DNA of 50,275 bases from a virus (taxonomy: Duplodnaviria; Heunggongvirae; Uroviricota; Caudoviricetes), in IMG/VR virus record IMGVR_UViG_2974540528_000001, positions 97,169-147,443 of that record; one strand, written 5' to 3'. A program made the position numbers and the translations under genes. Each line of letters opens with the position of its first letter. Position 1 is the first letter of the stretch. The notes beneath the pieces are model-generated. The model was not told where the DNA came from. It saw only the letters and a list, made by a program, of their open reading frames with translations, and made no database searches. Shown one piece after another: positions 7,907 to 15,279 of this stretch.

Positions 7907-8236
7907 TTATTTGTTAAGCTCTTTATATTCAGCAATCCAGCGGGTAAAAATCTTATGTTGCTTTTCTGCCGCCGCTTTTGTTCTATGTGAGATAGCGGTG
8001 ATATACCAACAATCCGCAAGGCACCAACCGGAAGAATGAAAAATCCAAGGATAATTTGAATCCGCCGCTTTAAGTTTCACGATCTTCTCTTCTGGTTCAC
8101 TATGTGTGAAGGCTTCGATCTCGTTTGCCGTGTACTGGCGATCTTGCCGCTTGATACGGTTTCCGAAATGATCAAAAGTGTAATTGTGTGATTCCAGGTG
8201 ATTATCCAGCATCTTAAAGAATTCTGATTTAGTCAT
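7907..8236 (-). CDS. Hypothetical protein
   Basis: AGGTAAA RBS; own promoter. Confidence 0.8.
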   Translation of the reverse strand: MTKSEFFKMLDNHLESHNYTFDHFGNRIKRQDRQYTANEIEAFTHSEPEEKIVKLKAADSNYPWIFHSSGWCLADCWYITAISHRTKAAAEKQHKIFTRWIAEYKELNK

Positions 8237-8285
8237 TTTCGTTTACCTCGTTAAGTTGTTTTCGTTTGTTTGCCCTACGAGATAA

Positions 8286-8335
8286 ATAATAATATAAGCG
8301 GGGATCGCTGTCAATAGCTCTTTACGTATCTTTAC
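8286..8335 (-). promoter_or_regulatory. sigma70 promoter with CpxR-consensus box
   Basis: TTGACA-17-TATTAT (8314-8286); GTAAA-GATAC-GTAAA at 8321-8335, 6 nt upstream of the -35. Confidence 0.75.
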
Positions 8336-8446
8336 AAAAGGCCTGTTTATTCACTTTTTGCATCTTTATGCAGCGCTATGCAATTGATTTCATGGTGAAA
8401 TTACTTTTTAGCCGTTTTTACGTGTCAAGCTATTTTTATATAGCCT

Positions 8447-8572
8447 TAAAACGTCCTGAATCGCGTTCTAAGCGGTTTTTCGTCCAGGCCGTACCCTAGC
8501 CCGTTTTCGCGGAGATCTCGCCATATTCACTATTTTGCATAAGATTTTAGGCGTTGTTGAGAGTAATTCTCA
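8447..8572. repeat. GAGATCTC module, copy B, with Fur-like box
   Basis: TAAAACG..TTCTAAGCG..ACCCT..GAGATCTCGC..ATTCAC..TTTTGCATAA; TGAGAGTAATTCTCA at 8558-8572. Confidence 0.75.
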
Positions 8573-8636
8573 TTACCAGAATAGCGGGCACCTCCGGTGA
8601 CTTTCCTCCGGTGTCCATCGTTGCCGCTTCAAAAAC

Positions 8637-8666
8637 AGAATAACAAAAACCAGGACCGAAAACAAG
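8637..8666 (-). promoter_or_regulatory. Possible sigma70 promoter
   Basis: TTGTTT-18-TATTCT with TG extension. Confidence 0.45.
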
Positions 8667-8692
8667 CCCTGGAATTGTAAAGATTTTTCCTA

Positions 8693-9160
8693 TCATGCTG
8701 GGCCGGATCTCTTCGCCTTTGCAATGTCGGAATATAATTTTCTAAAGTATGCCGGGCCTCGCTCGTTTACCCTCACATATTCATCACGCGCCGCCACCTG
8801 GAGATCGTCGGGTAATAATCCATGATAACCACTGTTAACAATAGCGATCCGTTTTTTGTTGCAATCATAGTAGACACATGATCCATCGGCTAGATAAATT
8901 GTGCAGTTTTGCCGGATGTAGGGTATCAAATAAGCCTCGCCCTGGTGCCGGATTTTGTAAAGCGCCATTTGTCCATTGTAGATCCGGCGGACGTGATAAG
9001 GGTCATTAATTGCCCGGTGAATGTTTTCCTTCCAGGCCTGGCGAGCGTTGCCAACATTACGGATCAGTGCTTCCACCTCGGGGATCACAACGTTAGCGCG
9101 GGCGGCGGCTTTTGCCTGGTCTGATAATTCATCGTAATAAAACATTCGTACACTAATCAT
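8693..9160 (-). CDS. Hypothetical protein
   Basis: AGGA RBS; N-terminal YDELSDQAKAAA segment. Confidence 0.8.
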   Translation of the reverse strand: MISVRMFYYDELSDQAKAAARANVVIPEVEALIRNVGNARQAWKENIHRAINDPYHVRRIYNGQMALYKIRHQGEAYLIPYIRQNCTIYLADGSCVYYDCNKKRIAIVNSGYHGLLPDDLQVAARDEYVRVNERGPAYFRKLYSDIAKAKRSGPA

Positions 9161-9191
9161 TTTTGATTCCTATAAACGGAAAATGTGGGAG

Positions 9192-9280
9192 GTCGGCGGG
9201 GCGAAGGTGCTGACTTCGAACCCACTCGCCAGACATGAGGACCAGGACACGGGAACCCCGCCAGCGGTATCGATTCCCGT
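9192..9280. other. GC-rich structured intergenic element
   Basis: Stems 9249-55/9274-80, 9195-9201/9256-62 and CGAAG/CTTCG. Confidence 0.5.
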
Positions 9281-9301
9281 TTAAAACGTTGACGTAAATG
9301 A

Positions 9302-9529
9302 TCATGCGCCGTAAAGGCCATCACCATCAAAATCATCCTGAAAAAATGACAGATATTCGAAAAACTCGAATTCCATCGCTACCGTATGTTTTACCAGATC
9401 GGTGTTTGCATATTCAGCGGGTGATAACCGGATCGGCGCGTCACTATATAGGTCAGTAAGTTCGATGTATTCACCGACTTTTTGAGCGGTCACCGTGTTT
9501 TTCTTGTTGTTAAAAATTACTGTTTTCAT
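9302..9529 (-). CDS. Hypothetical protein
   Basis: Hairpin plus AGGTAAA RBS cassette. Confidence 0.8.
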   Translation of the reverse strand: MKTVIFNNKKNTVTAQKVGEYIELTDLYSDAPIRLSPAEYANTDLVKHTVAMEFEFFEYLSFFQDDFDGDGLYGA

Positions 9530-9548
9530 GGTTTACCTTCCAGGTTAT

Positions 9549-9567
9549 GCCGGGGACGTTCCCCGGC
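9549..9567. repeat. GCCGGGGA/TCCCCGGC stem-loop
   Basis: Perfect 8-bp stem; family member. Confidence 0.85.
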
Positions 9568-9582
9568 TTGTCGGCGAGTGTA

Positions 9583-9843
9583 TTAGAGCGCTTTTTCGAT
9601 ATCACTTAAAATCTTTTTGGCCAGGTCATAGCCTACATTCAGATCCCGCGCGATATCCTCGGCTAACAGTTTACGGCCTACGTTGCCGAAACTTAGCATT
9701 CTTTTAACTTCCGGTAAACACTTACCCCAATAATTATAACAGGAGTTACCGATATATTTTGAATAAAACGCGTTATCGTTGCGAACTCCACCCAAAACAG
9801 CGACATTAACAGAGATAACGTGTTTAAAATTGTGCTTTTCCAT
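9583..9843 (-). CDS. Hypothetical protein
   Basis: Promoter, hairpin and AGGTAAA cassette. Confidence 0.8.
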   Translation of the reverse strand: MEKHNFKHVISVNVAVLGGVRNDNAFYSKYIGNSCYNYWGKCLPEVKRMLSFGNVGRKLLAEDIARDLNVGYDLAKKILSDIEKAL

Positions 9844-9864
9844 TTTGGTTTACCTTTTCGGCTT

Positions 9865-9923
9865 GCCGGGGAGGTATTCCCCGGCCTCAAAAAGATATTA
9901 ACCGATCCGCGACTGGCTTGCAA
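9865..9923 (-). promoter_or_regulatory. sigma70 promoter plus 5' GCCGGGGA stem-loop
   Basis: TTGCAA-17-TAATAT (9923-9895); stem at 9865-9885. Confidence 0.8.
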
Positions 9924-9940
9924 GCGTTTTTATTTAATAA

Positions 9941-10173
9941 TTACGCCCACGTTTTAGCATAAGAAAACAGGTCAGAGACATAGCCGCGATAGCCGCCGGG
10001 GCGTTTTGCCTTTGCGTTGCGATACCATGCGACAATTACAGATCCGCCGCTTGTCACGCCACCAAAAAACCTTTCATCTCCGCTTCGCCAGCTTCCACCC
10101 ATTGCCCACGCTGTAAAGTTTTAGGATCTACGTTGTCGGCCCAAATGTTAACAGTTTTTTGATATTTAGCCAT
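9941..10173 (-). pseudogene. 77-aa protein split by a -1 frameshift at T_TTT_TTG
   Basis: Frame 0 stops at 10054-10056; the -1 frame continues GVTSGGSVIVAWY to TAA 9941. Confidence 0.6.
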
Positions 10174-10189
10174 CTTTTATTTACCCCAA

Positions 10190-10513
10190 TTAGTTAGCAC
10201 GGAAAACATCGTTAACAATAGCCGTTGTAAACATCCAGACTAGATCCGGGGTAGTTATAGGCAGGCTGTCAGCCTGTTTTATTGTTACTCCGCTTCTTTC
10301 AAGCGTGTAGGCGATAAAATGACGGTTTTCAAGTTTCCCGCTATGGGATTGAATGGATTTTTCAGTGCGGATAAGGACAGTTAAACGGTCCGTTTGTTCG
10401 CTGTCATTCTCATGGCAAAATACTAACATGGTTTTTTCACCCTGGCGATTAAAGTCACAATTGACATTATCGTTAACATTTTCCAGAAAGAAAAATTTGT
10501 TTGCCTTTTCCAT
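10190..10513 (-). CDS. Hypothetical protein
   Basis: AGGTAAA RBS; own promoter. Confidence 0.8.
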   Translation of the reverse strand: MEKANKFFFLENVNDNVNCDFNRQGEKTMLVFCHENDSEQTDRLTVLIRTEKSIQSHSGKLENRHFIAYTLERSGVTIKQADSLPITTPDLVWMFTTAIVNDVFRAN

Positions 10514-10559
10514 ACTATTTTACCTTTTTCGCAGCGGGCCAATATTGCCCGGTCCAAGT

Positions 10560-10588
10560 AATATAACCTAACCGGGCCAGGGGATCAA
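10560..10588 (-). promoter_or_regulatory. sigma70 promoter with GATC in the -35
   Basis: TTGATC-17-TATATT. Confidence 0.65.
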
Positions 10589-10788
10589 TAATTATTTTCG
10601 CTTTCCGGCATCGGTTCGACTTCCGGCGATGGTATGCAGGCCGGATTAATCCAGCGCCCCTGGCGCTGATAGTCAACGGCGACGATCTCGCAAGTCAATT
10701 GATCATCATAGCTTTCTACTACATAATCATCACACTGTTTTAAAGCCAGCGCACTATAAAAGCACATACCCGCGAATACTTCAAACAT
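10585..10788 (-). CDS. Small Cys-containing, possibly exported protein (paralog of next gene)
   Basis: MF..C..S....QCD..V......C pattern. Confidence 0.75.
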   Translation of the reverse strand: MFEVFAGMCFYSALALKQCDDYVVESYDDQLTCEIVAVDYQRQGRWINPACIPSPEVEPMPESENNY

Positions 10789-10798
10789 GATCGTTACC

Positions 10799-11017
10799 TT
10801 ACTTTTTGAGGGTGAGAATAGGGCGCTTATCGCCTTCTTTAACGCCGGGGTCTAACTCATCGCAGATCCCGATCTGCTCGCCTTTGCCCAACGTGTATTC
10901 GTTTTCGTACACGTTGCAAGCCTGTTCCGTGGGGAATGTTTTTTTAACATTCCAATCACATTGTAATGCCATCGAACTAACAGAAATATGACAAGCCAAT
11001 ATAATAAATCCAAACAT
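10799..11017 (-). CDS. Small Cys-containing, possibly exported protein
   Basis: Same Cys spacing as 10585-10788. Confidence 0.7.
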   Translation of the reverse strand: MFGFIILACHISVSSMALQCDWNVKKTFPTEQACNVYENEYTLGKGEQIGICDELDPGVKEGDKRPILTLKK

Positions 11018-11055
11018 GGTAGCCGCCTTAATGGGGCGCAAGGCCCCGCTATTGA

Positions 11056-11340
11056 TTATTTGTTGATCTGGTTTGTCTGATTATAGATCCCATATTGAAC
11101 ACGGGACACGGTAACAGATTGAGGGAGTAAGCAACGAACACGATCCGCGCGGTTGTCATATTTTTTGATATGCGCCGGAGTATTGTTGCGGGTAAACTTC
11201 ACGCGTAAACGTAATTTATTGGGATCGCGATCATCGATTCCGGTTACCACGCCAAAAGCGATTTGACCATAGTTATGATACACCATTTTGCCCAGGAATT
11301 TTGATTCAAGAGCGGCGATTTCAGATTTTACGTTTTGCAT
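11056..11340 (-). CDS. Hypothetical protein
   Basis: AGGTAAA RBS before ATG 11340. Confidence 0.8.
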   Translation of the reverse strand: MQNVKSEIAALESKFLGKMVYHNYGQIAFGVVTGIDDRDPNKLRLRVKFTRNNTPAHIKKYDNRADRVRCLLPQSVTVSRVQYGIYNQTNQINK

Positions 11341-11385
11341 GTTGTTTACCTTTTGGTTATTTGTTTCACTTGTCAATGTGTAGGA

Positions 11386-11415
11386 AGTATAACCCCACAC
11401 ATTAACCAGTGTCAA
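11386..11415 (-). promoter_or_regulatory. sigma70 promoter
   Basis: TTGACA-18-TATACT. Confidence 0.75.
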
Positions 11416-11418
11416 CAA

Positions 11419-11595
11419 TTAAAGACAAAATTTTTCTAGTTCTGACTCACGAAAAAGGAAATTATCTAGGCCCTTTGCCACATTTGAACACTCAAAAATC
11501 CATTTACCATTTGAATCTTTCCAAGCGCGATTAATCCCAACATAACAACAAAATTCAGAACTATAGGCCGTTTTATACATGTTTTGCTTTTCCAT
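11419..11595 (-). CDS. Hypothetical protein (58 aa)
   Basis: AGGTAAA RBS. Confidence 0.75.
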   Translation of the reverse strand: MEKQNMYKTAYSSEFCCYVGINRAWKDSNGKWIFECSNVAKGLDNFLFRESELEKFCL

Positions 11596-11641
11596 AGTGT
11601 TTACCTTTTTCAGTGTGGCGGTGAATTCCGCCACTGATTAA

Positions 11642-11704
11642 AGGATAGCATAACGCCGCCAGGATGCAACAAATATTTTTAAGAATTGTTGAGAACTGTT
11701 CTCA
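11642..11704 (-). promoter_or_regulatory. sigma70 promoter with upstream Fur-like palindrome
   Basis: TTGCAT-16-TATCCT; TGAGAAC-T-GTTCTCA at 11690-11704. Confidence 0.6.
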
Positions 11705-11804
11705 TATGCAGTGATGTGCATAGAAAATCGCTGTTATGCAATTAGTTTCAACCGGTAACTAAATTTGCGACGTTTTGAGCGGGGCGCGGTTATCGGATAC
11801 CATC

Positions 11805-11900
11805 TAAAACGCCCTCAAATCGATTCTAAGCGCTTCAATCTGTAACCCTGGTAAGTGCATTGCTACGCTGAGATCTCGCTAAATTCACTTTTTTGCATAA
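11805..11900. repeat. GAGATCTC module, copy C
   Basis: Aligns with 8447-8542 over ~95 bp. Confidence 0.75.
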
Positions 11901-11923
11901 AAAAACCGGGGATAATTCCCCGG
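11899..11923 (-). terminator. Rho-independent terminator built on the CCGGGGA stem
   Basis: CCGGGGA/TCCCCGG followed by T7 on the minus strand. Confidence 0.75.
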
Positions 11924-11928
11924 ACTGG

Positions 11929-12144
11929 TTATTCACCTGCTACGGCGTATCGCTGCAAATTACGCTTACGATCGGCGATGCGTTTATTTAGCTTCGGATC
12001 ATACTGGTCCGGCGACCATTGAACCGCGATCCGTTCCGGCTTATGCCGTTTATTGTTACGCTCGCGCCGCTCGTTAGTCTCACCAAAAGCAAGGCGATCG
12101 CGCTGGCTTGTCATCTTCTCAAAGTTGCGGCTTTTTGCTGTCAT
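11929..12144 (-). CDS. Basic hypothetical protein
   Basis: 71-aa Arg/Lys-rich ORF; GGGGA RBS. Confidence 0.7.
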   Translation of the reverse strand: MTAKSRNFEKMTSQRDRLAFGETNERRERNNKRHKPERIAVQWSPDQYDPKLNKRIADRKRNLQRYAVAGE

Positions 12145-12481
12145 ATCTTGATCCCCTGTGGTTGTATGTTTCCGCTCGCCATTCCGCGATCTGTTTTTTG
12201 CGATATTCGATCAGCTCTTCGATGTAGTCGAAGGATCCCTCTTTATGTACCAGGACCACGCCTCCCCGGTGTTTAATCTCACAAATCAGGCCGCTACCCT
12301 CCAAATCATTTAACGGCCCGGATCTCCTGGTGTGGTACTCCTCCCCCTGGAAGCGATATTCTATATAGTGGAACATTGTTTTAACCCTGTACCAGTAGTA
12401 AAACCATTTTATAACACGCCAGATCCTGACGTGAAGTTTTGCATAATAACAAAATATGAGTAGAATCAACAATTCTTTCAT
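12119..12481 (-). CDS. Hypothetical protein (alternative start 12376)
   Basis: Continuous ORF with a second RBS-like GGGTTAAAAC before ATG 12376. Confidence 0.65.
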   Translation of the reverse strand: MKELLILLIFCYYAKLHVRIWRVIKWFYYWYRVKTMFHYIEYRFQGEEYHTRRSGPLNDLEGSGLICEIKHRGGVVLVHKEGSFDYIEELIEYRKKQIAEWRAETYNHRGSRYDSKKPQL

Positions 12482-12482
12482 A

Positions 12483-12866
12483 TTACGCGGCGCTGTTTTT
12501 AAATGGCTTATCATGGCCGCCAAAATGTAGGCCGATATAGTGACCGACATCAAAATAATCTGTCATTATATCACTATTGTTATAATTATCTGTATTTAAT
12601 GCCTCGATGATTTCGCCAACAGCCTTTTTGAATTCAGGAGTTTTGCAATATCTTTCATAGTGGTATGTGTTTAAATCCTTGTGCCCGTTTTCCCGTTCCC
12701 AATCTGTTAAATCTAAAACATCATTCAAATTGAACGGCGCGGATCGAACGGTACAACGGATCGTAGAATAGTGAATTACTTTAAACGTAACTTTCCAACC
12801 CTTCGGCAATACATCTTTAACCGCTTCAACAATTTTAGCTTTCTTCTCTTTATTCATGTAGGCCAT
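12483..12866 (-). CDS. LPD29-like (large polyvalent protein-associated) domain protein
   Basis: C-terminal NSDIMTDYFDVGHY motif. Confidence 0.6.
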   Translation of the reverse strand: MAYMNKEKKAKIVEAVKDVLPKGWKVTFKVIHYSTIRCTVRSAPFNLNDVLDLTDWERENGHKDLNTYHYERYCKTPEFKKAVGEIIEALNTDNYNNSDIMTDYFDVGHYIGLHFGGHDKPFKNSAA

Positions 12867-12887
12867 TTTGTTTACCTTTTAGGTTAT

Positions 12888-12942
12888 GCCGGGGACAATT
12901 CCCCGGCTTTAATCAGTATAGCGGTTTAAAGAATCTTTGCAA
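12888..12942 (-). promoter_or_regulatory. sigma70 promoter plus 5' GCCGGGGA stem-loop
   Basis: TTGCAA-16-TATACT; stem at 12888-12907. Confidence 0.7.
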
Positions 12943-13438
12943 CGTCTTTATAAGACCATGCAAAAAGAGAATTTTGTTTACCTGGTGCAACATCCGCCAG
13001 GCGTCCAGCAAATCGGGCGCGGTTATGTGGGAACTCAAAGACAACCACACGACCGGATACCATTTCCACGCGATCGCCGTTTTTCAGGATCTTGATCCGG
13101 TCAATCAATGCTTTCTGCTCTTTTTTGTATTTGGCATGTTTACGGCAAGCGGCACGCCAATTAACGGAAAATTCATCTTTTTGCATGGATCGCTTAAGGA
13201 ATTTTTCAGGACAGTTATAATAACACGGGCCGCAGGTTTCATCCATATCTTTATAAAAGACCATACCATCTTTACGAGAAAGAATTGTTACACGAATGTA
13301 AAGACTTTCATCCCTCGCCCTTGCAAGTTGATAAACTTCATTGCCTACAACAGAAGTTTCGATCACGCGGTTATCAGTCAGATAATTTTCAACAAATTTT
13401 TTGTTATTAAGATTAGAATAAATGCCAGTCCAGCCCAT
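12926..13438 (-). CDS. DUF6927-like protein
   Basis: N-terminal MGW; YKDMDETCGP..CP..WR..C motif. Confidence 0.55.
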   Translation of the reverse strand: MGWTGIYSNLNNKKFVENYLTDNRVIETSVVGNEVYQLARARDESLYIRVTILSRKDGMVFYKDMDETCGPCYYNCPEKFLKRSMQKDEFSVNWRAACRKHAKYKKEQKALIDRIKILKNGDRVEMVSGRVVVFEFPHNRARFAGRLADVAPGKQNSLFAWSYKDVAKIL

Positions 13439-13481
13439 GATATTTTACCTCGTTTAGTGTTTAGTTTGTTGGTGCCTGGTA

Positions 13482-13511
13482 ATTATAGGCCCTTTCCGGG
13501 CCTGGTGTCAA
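13482..13511 (-). promoter_or_regulatory. Consensus sigma70 promoter with palindromic spacer
   Basis: TTGACA-18-TATAAT; AGGCCC/GGGCCT inverted repeat. Confidence 0.85.
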
Positions 13512-13514
13512 ATA

Positions 13515-13784
13515 TTATTTTCTTAAATCTTTCCAGCCAGCGGCGCATATATCGCCAGCTAGATAATATTTATTATCAAGATCTGAGATCTTAAAGGTGA
13601 ATTCATGCCCAAGATAGTTAAATTTTTTAACAAGGACTGAGATCAGGCAATCAGGGCCGTGATGGAAGTGATCCACGTTGTAGGCCTCTTTTGATATGCT
13701 GATACACTCGCCATACTGGGCGACCTGGTGAAAACACTTGTTAAAATCGCGCATAAGCTTTAAAGACCTGAGATTCATTGCCAT
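13515..13784 (-). CDS. Hypothetical protein
   Basis: GGGTAAAA RBS; hairpin and promoter. Confidence 0.8.
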   Translation of the reverse strand: MAMNLRSLKLMRDFNKCFHQVAQYGECISISKEAYNVDHFHHGPDCLISVLVKKFNYLGHEFTFKISDLDNKYYLAGDICAAGWKDLRK

Positions 13785-13804
13785 GATATTTTACCCTTGC
13801 TAGG

Positions 13805-13861
13805 GCCGGGGAGAATTCCCCGGCTGATTTGTATTATCTGTTATCGTGTGGCGGTTGTCAA
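13805..13861 (-). promoter_or_regulatory. sigma70 promoter plus 5' GCCGGGGA stem-loop
   Basis: TTGACA-17-GATAAT; stem at 13805-13824. Confidence 0.8.
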
Positions 13862-14643
13862 ATGATACGTTCGAATTTATCGAATCTTTTTGCGGATCTG
13901 CCGTGAACGTCGATCACGACGTTGGCACGTTTACCATCGCACAGGCCGCAATCTAAACAGCTGATGTTGTGAGTTGTATTAACGCAAGTGATCTCACCTT
14001 CCAAGCGGCGCATGTTGGGAGTTTTCACGCGGAAAGTTTTATAACCCTTACGCCATGCTGTGATCGCTTGTTTCTCCGTATCGGCTGAGATCTGGCAAAT
14101 GGTAGCGATACGATGATCAAAATTCTTATGGTGGATCTGGTGAGTGTACCCCGTGTTACCTTGCGTATGGTTGATCATGTTTTGCCATACCTCAAAAGGA
14201 ACCGCCGCCGGATCACCGTAGGAACCTAAACGAATATGACGACCCGCAAAATGTACCAGATCGCGAGAATCAAGATCTTTATAGTTGCCTTTTTTGTAAG
14301 ACTTCCAGACTGACAGCGGGGCCTGGTGTAACGTCACATAACAAGCGCCGTTTAAGCTGGTACGATGGGGACACATACCGCAAACAGATGAATCAAGTTT
14401 TTTAGCGCTCGCTTCCAGTGGGCTAACATCTTCCCGCATGATCCAGGTCTGGATCATATCGCCGGTTTTATCGTTAGCGGTTGACATTGTAGCAATGACC
14501 ACGATCGGGGCCTTATCCAGAACTGACGGGCCTTTATATAATACATAACCCTTTTTTGCTGTGGATTTTTTACCCGGTACACTATGCACGATCTCGGATT
14601 CTGAGTTGACAACCAGACCATTATTAAGTTTAAACGTAGACAT
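13858..14643 (-). CDS. Cys-rich protein, possible Fe-S or radical-SAM-like enzyme
   Basis: CGMCPH, CYV, RLGSYGDP and C-terminal CLDCGLC. Confidence 0.5.
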   Translation of the reverse strand: MSTFKLNNGLVVNSESEIVHSVPGKKSTAKKGYVLYKGPSVLDKAPIVVIATMSTANDKTGDMIQTWIMREDVSPLEASAKKLDSSVCGMCPHRTSLNGACYVTLHQAPLSVWKSYKKGNYKDLDSRDLVHFAGRHIRLGSYGDPAAVPFEVWQNMINHTQGNTGYTHQIHHKNFDHRIATICQISADTEKQAITAWRKGYKTFRVKTPNMRRLEGEITCVNTTHNISCLDCGLCDGKRANVVIDVHGRSAKRFDKFERII

Positions 14644-14688
14644 TGCTTTTTACCTCGATTTATCGCGGCCATTGCCGCCTGAGAAAAC

Positions 14689-14717
14689 ACTTTATCAAAG
14701 GCGCTAACTGAAAGCAA
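14689..14717 (-). promoter_or_regulatory. sigma70 promoter
   Basis: TTGCTT-17-TAAAGT. Confidence 0.6.
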
Positions 14718-14736
14718 GCGCCCAGGATAAAATATT

Positions 14737-14904
14737 TTATTTGGCCAGGGATAAGGTTTTGCCGTGGTTGATCCCAGGGATAACCCATTGCCCGGCGCCA
14801 TCTTTAACAGGTTGACGTAAACGCGCCGCCGTGGTTACCTTGCTGTTAACATTACGGGCAAAAGCGCGGGCCTGGTCACGGGTAGTAAAAGAAATGTTTT
14901 TCAT
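14737..14904 (-). CDS. 55-aa protein resembling the rIIB N-terminal repeat
   Basis: GAGGA RBS; FTTRDQARAFAR...W. Confidence 0.7.
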   Translation of the reverse strand: MKNISFTTRDQARAFARNVNSKVTTAARLRQPVKDGAGQWVIPGINHGKTLSLAK

Positions 14905-14946
14905 GTTGTATCCTCGTTTGAGTGGTTTTTTGTTTCGCTTGTCAGG

Positions 14947-14983
14947 TCCGGGGATTATAACCCCGGACACTAGCCAGTGTCAA
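14947..14983 (-). promoter_or_regulatory. Consensus sigma70 promoter with the -10 inside a hairpin loop
   Basis: TTGACA-18-TATAAT; TCCGGGG-ATTATAA-CCCCGGA. Confidence 0.85.
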
Positions 14984-14991
14984 TTAAATGT

Positions 14992-15279
14992 TTATTCTTC
15001 GCCAGGTTCACCATAGGCGCTAGAAATAGGCGCGCCACAATGGGCGCATGGAGTATCTGACCCTTCCCAATAGATATCCACTCCAGCAGGCATCCAGGCC
15101 CGGTCGTTTTCGTCTCGCAATCCCTCCAAAATTTGGCGGAAATTTTCACGGGCACAATTTGAACAAATGATCTCACTATCCCGCATGATCAAAATTTTCG
15201 GATACCCACCGAACTCATACGGGTGGCGGATATAATTTTTTACAGTGCCGATCAATTGTTTGTTAGCGGAAATTTTCAT
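14992..15279 (-). CDS. Zn-finger hypothetical protein
   Basis: CSNC...CAHC; AGGTAAA RBS. Confidence 0.8.
   Translation of the reverse strand: MKISANKQLIGTVKNYIRHPYEFGGYPKILIMRDSEIICSNCARENFRQILEGLRDENDRAWMPAGVDIYWEGSDTPCAHCGAPISSAYGEPGEE

Noticed and set aside
9195-9262. tRNA-like element (7-bp stem and GGTTCGAA)
   Set aside because: T-loop-to-acceptor distance is wrong, and there is no D-stem or CCA end
12974-13594. 206-aa + strand ORF
   Set aside because: Antisense shadow of 12926-13438, with no RBS or motifs
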